Positions 27,112 through 35,184 of a stretch of 55,054 nucleotides of DNA are shown piece by piece. The first letter of the stretch is position 1. Each line of letters opens with the position of its first letter. A program made the translations under genes and the position numbers. The notes under the pieces were generated by a model. The model worked only from the letters and a program-made list of their open reading frames with translations. It did not search any database and was not told where the DNA came from. The stretch spans positions 1-55,054 of the IMG/VR virus record IMGVR_UViG_3300049454_000015. One strand, given 5' to 3'. Origin of the DNA: a virus (Duplodnaviria; Caudoviricetes).

Positions 27112-27567
27112 CTACGGGCTCTGGGTCCAGGCGTCGTTGACGATGACCGGCACGGTGAGGTCATACACGCGGTACAAGCGCCCGTCCTGGGTGAGGTAAC
27201 CGGCGATCGCGGTCAGGGCAATGCCGTGCTCGCCGAGCAGATCAATCTCACGGGCGGCCCCGCCGAGCTGGAAGTCCCCGGAGTAGGCCTCCATCAGCGT
27301 GTCAACCGCCTCGATCAGGTTCGGGTCGATCCCGTCGAGGGGTTCGGCCAGCATGTTGCCGTACACGCGGACCTGGACCGTCAGCCGCGCCGAGCTGGAC
27401 GCCAGACCGGACGTCAGCACCGGATCGATGCGCTGGCCCCACACGGCGGCTGTGAGGCCGTTCCCGGGGGCGTTCTTCGGTTCGTGGCCGTTGACCCGCT
27501 CGAACAACCCGGACGCCAACGCATGGGACTGAAGGACGTCGAGGATCGTCCTGGCGCCGAGGCTCAC
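27112..27567 (-). CDS. tail terminator / completion protein
   Basis: position; SGLFERVNGHEPKNAPG...YSGDFQLGG. Confidence 0.7.
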   Translation of the reverse strand: MSLGARTILDVLQSHALASGLFERVNGHEPKNAPGNGLTAAVWGQRIDPVLTSGLASSSARLTVQVRVYGNMLAEPLDGIDPNLIEAVDTLMEAYSGDFQLGGAAREIDLLGEHGIALTAIAGYLTQDGRLYRVYDLTVPVIVNDAWTQSP

Positions 27568-27941
27568 TGCAACCGCCCGATGTTGCGCCGCACCACGATC
27601 TCAGCCAACGCAGGCGCCTGCCGCCGCAGCTCGTGAGTAGCGCGCCGGAACGAGAAATAGCCCTTGAACCGGGTCGTCTTGTTGCGGCTCCCGACGCCTT
27701 CCAACCACGGCCCGTACACGATGCCCCGATCGTGGACCAGCGTGCCACGGCCGGCCCGGTCGGTGACGATCTGGGTCTCGTAGTACGGCGTCGGGTTACG
27801 GATCGACTGGTTCAGCCGCTCATGCACCAGGGACGAACCCTGAGCGGCGACCTCGTCTTCGATCTCGCGGCAGATCCGCGCGATCTCGGCGGGCGCCTGG
27901 CCGTCGAGCAGCGGGCCTCTCATGCTCACCGTGATCGCCAT
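27564..27941 (-). CDS. neck protein, HK97 gp10-like
   Basis: VYGPWLEGVGSRN...FKGY motif; position. Confidence 0.7.
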   Translation of the reverse strand: MAITVSMRGPLLDGQAPAEIARICREIEDEVAAQGSSLVHERLNQSIRNPTPYYETQIVTDRAGRGTLVHDRGIVYGPWLEGVGSRNKTTRFKGYFSFRRATHELRRQAPALAEIVVRRNIGRLQ

Positions 27942-28264
27942 CAGCTGCCGCCCCCGCTCGCCCGGTAATCGGCTATCCGCTGGTGCTTCTCGGCCGTCGA
28001 ATGCCCGTCGTAGGGCACCGGATGGGCCGGCATATACCAAGACACCTGACCGGTCGGCAGCTCGATGTACACCACCGGCCAGTCCGGCTCGTTCGGGTCC
28101 AGACCGACGCCGGCCGCGTAGCCGACCTGGACGGCTGCCGTCATGGCCTGCAGCACCAGCGGGTACCGGCGCGCATAGTCCTGGTCAGCCTCAACGATCT
28201 GCGCGAGCAGCCGCCGCAGCACCTCGCGGGCGAGGTAGGCGTGGATCCCGTCGTGGTCGCCCAT
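27941..28264 (-). CDS. WDGH-motif-like protein
   Basis: WPVVYIELPTGQVSW...YDGHSTAEK..RI; TGATG overlaps at both ends. Confidence 0.7.
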   Translation of the reverse strand: MGDHDGIHAYLAREVLRRLLAQIVEADQDYARRYPLVLQAMTAAVQVGYAAGVGLDPNEPDWPVVYIELPTGQVSWYMPAHPVPYDGHSTAEKHQRIADYRASGGGS

Positions 28265-29316
28265 CACACGGCCCGCTTCCGGGCCTGACGCCCGTACACG
28301 GTCAGGGCCTGCTCCCGAAGCTCCCGCAGGCCGCGGCCGGACGCCTCCCGCTGCGATTCCCCGGAGCCCACGACCCGCGCGTAACCGCTGCCTTCCTGCA
28401 AGAGGATGTTCATCGACTCGGCGACAGCCAGGGTCCGCAGCAGCGGCGGCGGCTTGTACCGGTAGATCGTCGCGCTCGACGAATGCGCGGCCAGGGTGGT
28501 GCCGGCGGCCGCCCGGTCCAGCTCGACGCCGGTCAGGGTGTACACGTCGCTGCTGGTGTGCGCCGCGAGTGGCGACCCGTCCCATGCCCGCTTCACGGTC
28601 AGGTTGTTGCCGGCGATATCGACGACCAGCATCCGTTCGGATTCGAGTAGCAGCACCTCGTCAATGCCGAACCCGGTCCCCGACGTCACCGCGGCGGTCA
28701 CGTTCGACGCGGCCGCGGTCATGGGGGTTTGCAGGTTCTGCCCGGAGTCGACCATCGACCGGTCGGTGATGATCATCCGCTCACTGTCGATGCGCAGGAG
28801 ATCCCCGACACCGACTCGCGCCGTGGTCCAGGAGATCGACGCCGTCGCCGTGTCCGACGCCCCCAGCGTCGCGGTCAGCTGGCCCACGGACTCTTCCTCG
28901 TTGTCGAATCCCCACAGCCCGAGGATCCCCACCGACCGCTGCGGAGTCGAGCCACCGCCGAACGTCGCCGAGCCGGACCGGTCCAGCTCGATCCGGTCGT
29001 ACGGCGGGCCGTCGTTCGCCGGTTCCAGGAAGTAGTCACCAGGGGTGATGACGGTCCCGCCGGAAGTCAGGGTGAGGACGGAGATCAGCTCGTCTTCGTC
29101 GAGCCAGATCCGCCACGGCCGGGCACCGACCTGCCGGGTGTCGGGCCAGTCTTTGTAGCGGGTCGCCAGCTGCGGGTAGAACTTCCGGTGCAGCATCCCC
29201 TCAATGCTGAGGGTCGCCGAAGCGACAGCGGCGTCCACCTGCCGGTTGTTGCGGCTGGTTTCCCTGCTGTCCAACGCATGCTTGACGTCTTCGCGCGTGC
29301 AGAGCCACGGCGCCAT
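28264..29316 (-). CDS. head-to-tail adaptor with inserted beta domains
   Basis: CTREDVKHAL...IEGMLHRKFYP...GLWGF; duplicated SERM segments. Confidence 0.75.
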   Translation of the reverse strand: MAPWLCTREDVKHALDSRETSRNNRQVDAAVASATLSIEGMLHRKFYPQLATRYKDWPDTRQVGARPWRIWLDEDELISVLTLTSGGTVITPGDYFLEPANDGPPYDRIELDRSGSATFGGGSTPQRSVGILGLWGFDNEEESVGQLTATLGASDTATASISWTTARVGVGDLLRIDSERMIITDRSMVDSGQNLQTPMTAAASNVTAAVTSGTGFGIDEVLLLESERMLVVDIAGNNLTVKRAWDGSPLAAHTSSDVYTLTGVELDRAAAGTTLAAHSSSATIYRYKPPPLLRTLAVAESMNILLQEGSGYARVVGSGESQREASGRGLRELREQALTVYGRQARKRAV

Positions 29317-29425
29317 CAGGTCGCGCCTCGACCAGGACGCGCAGCTATGCGCGTGGGTCCGTGCACTGCGTCTCCTCGGTTGCTTTCTACGGGATGACCA
29401 GCAGCGATGTTCGGTTGTGTCGCTG

Positions 29426-30523
29426 CTACGAATCGTAGGACACGGAACCGATCATGGCCCGGTCCTGGCCGTGCGCCTCGCCGAGGAACCCGGCGGTCAG
29501 GGACAAGGTGGGGGAGCCGGCGGCCTGGGCGTGGGTGGCGTCTTGCACGGTCAGGTTGGGGAAGGTCAGCAGCGCGTTGTCGGCGGTCTGGGCGTGTGCC
29601 GCGTTCGCGACGGTGAGGACATGGGTCTGGGTGAGGGTCGGTGACGTCGCCGTCTGGGCGTGGCCGGCGTTCGCGACGGCCAGGACGTGGACCTGTGTCA
29701 GTGCGGCGTTCTGCACGGTCTGGGCCTGCGCCGCGTTCGCCACGACCAGCTGGTGAACCTGTGTCAGCGCGGCGTTGCCGGCGGTCTGCGCGTGGGTGGC
29801 GTCCGCGACGGTGAGGTCGATCGCGGAGGATGCCACCGCGGCGGACAGGTCCACGGCGTACGGGGCGTACGGGCCGAGCGGGGCGTGGTCGGTGATCGCG
29901 GTACCGGAGACGGTGCCGTTCTGCCGGTTCCCCGACAGGTCCGGTTCGGGGGAGGCCCCCCAGATCGGCAGGTACAAGACCAACTTGTCCGGGCGGATGT
30001 GATGCGGATGCGCGCCTTTCGCCAGCGCGGCGATCTCCGCGGCCGACAACGCCACCGACCACACGCCCAACTCGGCGTAATCCCCGTCCTGATGCAAATT
30101 GAACGCGCCGTTATCCCAGGTACCCACGTACAGGTCGTTGCTGGCGTTGTAGGCGATCGGCCGATTCTCCGCGGCGGTCGAGGATTCGGCGCCGTCGAGG
30201 TACATGCGGATGTCGGACAGGTCGTAGGTGCCGGCGACGTGCCGCCACGCGCCGTTGTACAGGTCCGTCGTGCAATTCGCCCGGCTCGTGTTCCCCGCGG
30301 AAGTGCCCCACCCGATCTCGAAGCACAGGAAGTTCCCGCCACCGCCGGTGGTGTGCCACGCGTACGAGGCGTGCTCGCCGGTGGTGAGCACTTTCTCGAA
30401 CAGGTACTTGAAGTTCCCCGACCGACCGGCCGACCTGAACCACATCGCGCAGGTGATCTGCGCCGGTTCCAGCGTCGCCGTACGCGAGATCGCGATCTGG
30501 TCGGACGTGAATGTCCGCGCCAT
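29426..30523 (-). CDS. LamG/concanavalin-like virion protein with about 22-aa repeats
   Basis: WRHVAGTYD...MYLDG...ALSAAEIAAL; five LxVAxAxHAQTAxxxxLT repeats. Confidence 0.8.
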   Translation of the reverse strand: MARTFTSDQIAISRTATLEPAQITCAMWFRSAGRSGNFKYLFEKVLTTGEHASYAWHTTGGGGNFLCFEIGWGTSAGNTSRANCTTDLYNGAWRHVAGTYDLSDIRMYLDGAESSTAAENRPIAYNASNDLYVGTWDNGAFNLHQDGDYAELGVWSVALSAAEIAALAKGAHPHHIRPDKLVLYLPIWGASPEPDLSGNRQNGTVSGTAITDHAPLGPYAPYAVDLSAAVASSAIDLTVADATHAQTAGNAALTQVHQLVVANAAQAQTVQNAALTQVHVLAVANAGHAQTATSPTLTQTHVLTVANAAHAQTADNALLTFPNLTVQDATHAQAAGSPTLSLTAGFLGEAHGQDRAMIGSVSYDS

Positions 30524-30525
30524 CG

Positions 30526-31026
30526 TCAGATGTCCACTTGCAGGAACGCCGCGTACAGCTCCGTGTTGACGGTCAGGGTGTCGTTGGCGTGGTTGCCGTT
30601 GTGGGTGATCTCAACGATCAGCAGATCGTCCGCGGCCAGCGCCTCGGTCAGGCTGCCGGCGGCCGGGAACGTAACCGTCTTACGGAGCCGCGCCGTGCCG
30701 GGCGTAGTGATGTCCTGGGCGGTCTCCGCGGTCAACGCCGCGGGGTTCAGCGACTCGGCGTCCGCGACTGCTTTCGTAGCGACCGTGAGCCTGGTTACCT
30801 CACTGGTCGCACTCGCGGCGATATCCAGGATGATCTTCCCCGCCGGGGTGCCGGCGACGTTCTTCGGGACCGGCACCACGCCGTAGATCCTGCCCTCGAC
30901 GTCCTTCACGAACTCCCACCGGGCGGCGTCCCACGCGGTCAACGCACCGACCGTGAAAAAGGCGTTGCCACCGAGGGTCGCTACCCGCGGGTTCCGCAGG
31001 TCGATCGGGATCCGGATCGTGGTCAT
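30526..31026 (-). CDS. virion-associated beta protein
   Basis: 166 aa within the structural operon. Confidence 0.65.
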   Translation of the reverse strand: MTTIRIPIDLRNPRVATLGGNAFFTVGALTAWDAARWEFVKDVEGRIYGVVPVPKNVAGTPAGKIILDIAASATSEVTRLTVATKAVADAESLNPAALTAETAQDITTPGTARLRKTVTFPAAGSLTEALAADDLLIVEITHNGNHANDTLTVNTELYAAFLQVDI

Positions 31027-31056
31027 GGGTCAAAACTCCGCTCGGTCCGGGCCCGG

Positions 31057-31428
31057 TCAGGTGGGGTCTCGTACCTCGATTATCCAGGCCGGAACGTTCA
31101 CGGTGTTCGCTGCGGTCACCGCCTGACTAGTGCAGGTCGTGACGTACCGCAAGGTGGTGTCGCCAACCTTCGCCAACGCGATATGAGTTGCGGTCCCGGA
31201 GTTGTCGACGGTAACCGCGGACTTCGCTGCCACCGTGACTTTCCGGCCCGACACGTCACCGTTGGCTTTGGTGTAGTCCGTATCCGGGGTCATCGCCACA
31301 TCGGCCAGCGAAACCGCGGCGATCCCCGCGTAGTTCGCCGGTTCGCCGGAGCACACGTGCATGATGTCGGACTGGTCGATGTAGTCGAACATGGAATCGA
31401 TCGTGGCATCGGGTGCAGCCTTGCCCAT
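31057..31428 (-). CDS. virion-associated protein (fibre connector-like)
   Basis: NGDVSGRKVTVAAK...GTATHIAL...YVTT. Confidence 0.7.
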   Translation of the reverse strand: MGKAAPDATIDSMFDYIDQSDIMHVCSGEPANYAGIAAVSLADVAMTPDTDYTKANGDVSGRKVTVAAKSAVTVDNSGTATHIALAKVGDTTLRYVTTCTSQAVTAANTVNVPAWIIEVRDPT

Positions 31429-31447
31429 GGTGTGCCCCTGCTCGTGT

Positions 31448-31612
31448 GGGCCCGGCCCGTCTGCGGCCGGGCCGGGGCGTTACCTGACGGACGGATGCGC
31501 AGGGCCCCGCTCTCCAGGCTCACGGGCGCCCGCCGACCTTCCTGTCCGCAGCCTGGCCGGACATCCCGCCCTGATCGCGCACCCTACTGGGGAAGATCGT
31601 CACCGCAGCATA
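31448..31612 (-). other. structured non-coding leader (putative -10 TATGCT, pseudoknot, terminal hairpin)
   Basis: TGTCCG/CGGACA stem whose loop CCAGGCT matches downstream AGCCTGG; 9-bp GC hairpin before the RBS. Confidence 0.45.
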
Positions 31613-31649
31613 CCGGCGGCGGGCCCGGGCCCGGGCGTAACGTGGCCGG

Positions 31650-31811
31650 TCAGCGGAACCGCCAGCCGTCGAACGTGCAGAACAGCTCCCCGGTCGGGCC
31701 GGTGCTGAGCGGCTCCCCATCGTTGGGGCAGGCAACCGGCGGGGTGTCGCGTTCCTCAGCGGCAATGTCGCGGGTCTCGCGGATGATGTCGACCAGCTGG
31801 TCCCACGACAC
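31650..31811 (-). CDS. small Zn-ribbon-like protein (below ORF-track cutoff)
   Basis: VSWDQLVDII...PPVACPNDGEPL...LFCTFDGW; GAGGGG RBS. Confidence 0.7.
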   Translation of the reverse strand: MSWDQLVDIIRETRDIAAEERDTPPVACPNDGEPLSTGPTGELFCTFDGWRFR

Positions 31812-31940
31812 GGGCGCGGCCCCTCTCGATCGGCCGGAGTACCGCCCAGGTAGAGCGCGGAGCGGTACGGCGACGTGGCCCCGGCGCGGTGGTCCTCTAC
31901 CCGGGCGGATCCTCCATGGTGCCCGACGCGGATCAGTATC

Positions 31941-32546
31941 TCAGCTGCTGGCCCTGCTGGACCTTCCGCCGCGGCCGCCGGCCGTCGTCTTCTTGGCGGC
32001 AGCGCTGGGTGCCGTCTTCTTGGCGGTGGTTCCGCCGGCAGGATCCGTCTGGGTGGTCCGGGAGGACTGGCCGAGCGTGCTCGAATGCACGTCCAGATCG
32101 ATCGACCCGTCGCTGTCGGGCCGCTTACCGTCCTCGGTGGGGGGGGTCGAGTCTTCGCCGGGCCCGTCCTGCTGCTGCTCCGGCATGTGGCCCGGTTCCC
32201 CGGGTGGCGCTTCCTTGTTGGACGGGCCTCCGTGCAGGGTGTTCTTCGCCATCTGCTCGCCTTCCTCGACGTGGTTGGTACTCCCGCAGTGCGGGCATGT
32301 TTCCGCCCCGACCGCAAAGCGGGTGGTGCAGGCCAGGCACTTCCTTAGAGCCATGAGGGGGTTACCTCCGTAGTCGGTGACCTGATCCACTGCCCATCCG
32401 CAGCGGCCGCAGAGTAGCTCGCCTGGCATCTCGACGATTCCCGCCGCGAGCGTGCGTAACCACACCTGCCGCACCTGCCCGGAGGTCGGGCAGGTGCCGG
32501 TTTCGTTGCGGCACATGTACAGCAGGAACGGGGGAACGGGCGGCAT
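31941..32546 (-). CDS. Zn-ribbon protein with low-complexity tail; internal start at 32354
   Basis: TGATG overlap; CGRC, CLAC, CPHC; internal GGAGG RBS. Confidence 0.6.
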   Translation of the reverse strand: MPPVPPFLLYMCRNETGTCPTSGQVRQVWLRTLAAGIVEMPGELLCGRCGWAVDQVTDYGGNPLMALRKCLACTTRFAVGAETCPHCGSTNHVEEGEQMAKNTLHGGPSNKEAPPGEPGHMPEQQQDGPGEDSTPPTEDGKRPDSDGSIDLDVHSSTLGQSSRTTQTDPAGGTTAKKTAPSAAAKKTTAGGRGGRSSRASS

Positions 32547-33331
32547 CAGCCCATGCCGACCATCGGCGCGGTCAGGGCATACAGGCTCGCGACTTCCGAC
32601 GCGGTCAGCTGCTTCCCGCAGATGAACGGCAGGGCGATCCGGCCGTGGAACTCCGCGACCGGGGTGGCGGTCACCCCGGAACAGCCCACCGTCAACGGTG
32701 CACCCGTGTTCTCCATCGCCGTGTAGGTGCCCGACTCGACGGTCGACCCGTCGTTGACGGCCGCGCCGTTGACGTACAGGTCCAGGTCGGGGGACGTTTC
32801 CCCGCCGTCGTACGCGGCGACCGCGAACACCCACTGCCCGGCGGTCACCGCGGCGTCGGATATCGCTATCTCGGTGGCCGACGCCGAGGCGTCGTGCAGC
32901 TCCATCGACAGTTTCCCGGCCGAGTCGATGAAGAACCGCCACTCCTCAAGGTTGCCCGCCGAGTCGTACTTGCCCATGACCACGTTGGTGACGATGGCGT
33001 TCGGCCGGATCCACGCCCCGACCGAGAACGGCGAATCCACGGACCCGTCGCCGAAGCTGTAGTTGTTGTGGTCGATGCCGGCCAGGTGGTGATCCCCGGT
33101 CGGGTGGAAGTGGTACGAGTGCAGCCCGGAGGGCAGCGCCACCGGAGCAAAGTCGTCTTCCAGCGCTTCCGCGGCGGCCCCGGTCTCGGAGGGGATCAGG
33201 TCACCGACGCCGATGCCGGTGACCAGGATCCCCGTCTTCTCCCAGAACGGCCACATGCTCGTCTTCGTGGCCCCCAGCGTCGACAGGATGTCGTTGAGCT
33301 TCCCCTCGGTGGGCCTGGTGTAGGTGCTCAC
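32546..33331 (-). CDS. LamG/concanavalin-like virion protein
   Basis: FSVGAWIRP...QWVFAVAAYDG...LYVNG. Confidence 0.8.
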   Translation of the reverse strand: MSTYTRPTEGKLNDILSTLGATKTSMWPFWEKTGILVTGIGVGDLIPSETGAAAEALEDDFAPVALPSGLHSYHFHPTGDHHLAGIDHNNYSFGDGSVDSPFSVGAWIRPNAIVTNVVMGKYDSAGNLEEWRFFIDSAGKLSMELHDASASATEIAISDAAVTAGQWVFAVAAYDGGETSPDLDLYVNGAAVNDGSTVESGTYTAMENTGAPLTVGCSGVTATPVAEFHGRIALPFICGKQLTASEVASLYALTAPMVGMG

Positions 33332-33552
33332 GTCGCGGCCTCCCAGGTGAGGTTCCCCGACCCGTCCGTCTCCAACTGCTCCCCGGCGTCACCGTTGTCG
33401 GCCGGGAACACGTACCCGATACCGCCGATGGTGACGGCGGCCGGGAACGAAACCCCGGTCTGGGTGATCCGGAACACCTCGGTTCCGGTGGCGTGAACCC
33501 GGAACACCAGCTCCCCGCTCTCGAAGTTGCTGGTGATCGGTGCCGCGCTCAT
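33328..33552 (-). CDS. small fibre-like virion protein
   Basis: FPADNGDAGEQLETDGSGNLTW fibre-repeat motif. Confidence 0.65.
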   Translation of the reverse strand: MSAAPITSNFESGELVFRVHATGTEVFRITQTGVSFPAAVTIGGIGYVFPADNGDAGEQLETDGSGNLTWEAAT

Positions 33553-34481
33553 GAGGCGGCGGAAGCAGTCAGCGGCGAGCCGCCCTTTTCACCGGCCAGG
33601 TTCACCACGAGCGGGTTGAAGAATGAGGCGGCGGCGCCTACCAGTGCCAGGTTGAAGCCGTCCGCGTCGTTCGTCGCGGACTGCACCTTGGCGTCGATGA
33701 CCACTGCCGTGTTACCCGAGTTGAGAACGATCCCGCCGTCCTGGGTGGCATGGGCCTGCCGGCAGAACGGCCGAACGATCATCGTGTCCGTGGCCGCCGC
33801 GGACGAGAAGATACTCCCGGACGAGTGGATGCCCACCACCCACGCGTCTTCGATGTACACCCCGTCGACCACCCCGGAAATCTTGATGGCGCCGACCCCG
33901 GCGTCTCCGGCCGCGCCGAGGAACCGCGGCCGGATGACCCGGGCCCTGGCCGCGCCGGTGTGCAGCCGCAGCCACAGCGCGAACTGTTTGGTGGCGCCGT
34001 CTTCCCGGCCGTGGATGTCGACCAGCTCGCAATCCGCACCTGAAACCACGATCCCGTCGACCACGTCCAGGACGGTGTTCGCCACGGTCAGGAGGTTCAC
34101 CCACCGGTTCGACGCCGCGGTGATCAGCATCGTCGCGTCGGTGGTGGTGAAATTGAACGTCGGCCGGTTCGCGCCGCAACCGAGCCCGATCACGGTCACC
34201 CCGGCGATGTCGGCGGTCACCGCCCCGGCTGAGGCAAGCGTCTCGGTGTGGCCGGGCATGACGTACACGGTGTCACCGGAGGCCAGGACGTCGCTGCTGT
34301 ACGCGTAGCCGAGGGAGTCGAACGGTGAATCGGGGGTCATGCCGTACCCGGCCGAGTCGGACCCGACCGCGCCGTTGACGAACCACACGTTGCCGGGGGT
34401 CTCGTCGATATCGACGATGGGGAGGGGCCCGCCTGCGCTGCGGCGGGAGAACAGCGGGGAGTACCTGCCTTGGTTGCTCAC
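33549..34481 (-). CDS. parallel beta-helix (pectin lyase-like) virion protein
   Basis: WFVNGAVGSDS..G.TPDSPF...GDTVYVMPGH. Confidence 0.75.
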   Translation of the reverse strand: MSNQGRYSPLFSRRSAGGPLPIVDIDETPGNVWFVNGAVGSDSAGYGMTPDSPFDSLGYAYSSDVLASGDTVYVMPGHTETLASAGAVTADIAGVTVIGLGCGANRPTFNFTTTDATMLITAASNRWVNLLTVANTVLDVVDGIVVSGADCELVDIHGREDGATKQFALWLRLHTGAARARVIRPRFLGAAGDAGVGAIKISGVVDGVYIEDAWVVGIHSSGSIFSSAAATDTMIVRPFCRQAHATQDGGIVLNSGNTAVVIDAKVQSATNDADGFNLALVGAAASFFNPLVVNLAGEKGGSPLTASAAS

Positions 34482-34526
34482 GATGGTCGCTCCGTTTCGG
34501 GGTTGCACCCTTGTTGGAAGCCGGGG

Positions 34527-34566
34527 GAACCCCCGGGCCGGTATGCGGCCTCCGGCCCGGGGGTTC
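34527..34566 (-). terminator. GC-rich hairpin after capsid genes
   Basis: 15-bp perfect stem GAACCCCCGGGCCGG/CCGGCCCGGGGGTTC. Confidence 0.7.
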
Positions 34567-34573
34567 GATCAGG

Positions 34574-35086
34574 TCAGCTCAGCGGGGCTATCAAGTTCGT
34601 CGGTGCCCGCTGAACCTGCAGGTCATGCAGGATGTACAGGACCGAGATCAGCTGCGCGCCCGCCGACCCGGTGTCCGCGATATCCAGGCTGATGTAGTCG
34701 TAGCCGTCGGACAGCGACGTGCCCATGACCTCGATCGCCACGATCATCTGCGTCTCGGCCGAGGTCGCGTTCAGGGTGACCTCGGACGCCGCGGTCTGGG
34801 CGACCCTGGTCCAGGTCTCGTCCCCGTCGAGGGTCGCTTCCTGCTTGATGTAAAAGTGATCGATGACGTCGAGGTCAGCCGAGGCGCCGCCGGACGCCGC
34901 GGTGTGCTGCTGCAGGTCGAGCACCGGGTCATCGTTGGCGGTACCGGCGGCCTTGAAAACCACCACCGTGCACGCCGCGGCGTTCCGCAGCGAGACACGC
35001 TTCCCGGTCATCGCGGCGGTCTGCGAGTCGACCGGCACGATGCCGGCGCTGAGGTCGAACAGGCGGCCGAGGCCTTCCTGAGCCAT
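34574..35086 (-). CDS. capsid decoration/cement-like protein
   Basis: immediately after MCP; beta-rich, 170 aa. Confidence 0.65.
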   Translation of the reverse strand: MAQEGLGRLFDLSAGIVPVDSQTAAMTGKRVSLRNAAACTVVVFKAAGTANDDPVLDLQQHTAASGGASADLDVIDHFYIKQEATLDGDETWTRVAQTAASEVTLNATSAETQMIVAIEVMGTSLSDGYDYISLDIADTGSAGAQLISVLYILHDLQVQRAPTNLIAPLS

Positions 35087-35184
35087 GGTGTTCCCTTCGT
35101 CTGGTCATGCCCTGCCGGGGCGACACTGCCGGCCCGGGTTGAAGCCGGGCCCGGGGAGTCACTGCCGGGCCCGGCCGCCGATGG

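Noticed and set aside
29480-29820. Repeats in the LamG gene as DGR template/variable repeats
   Set aside because: Protein-level repeats with non-adenine-specific differences; no reverse transcriptase seen
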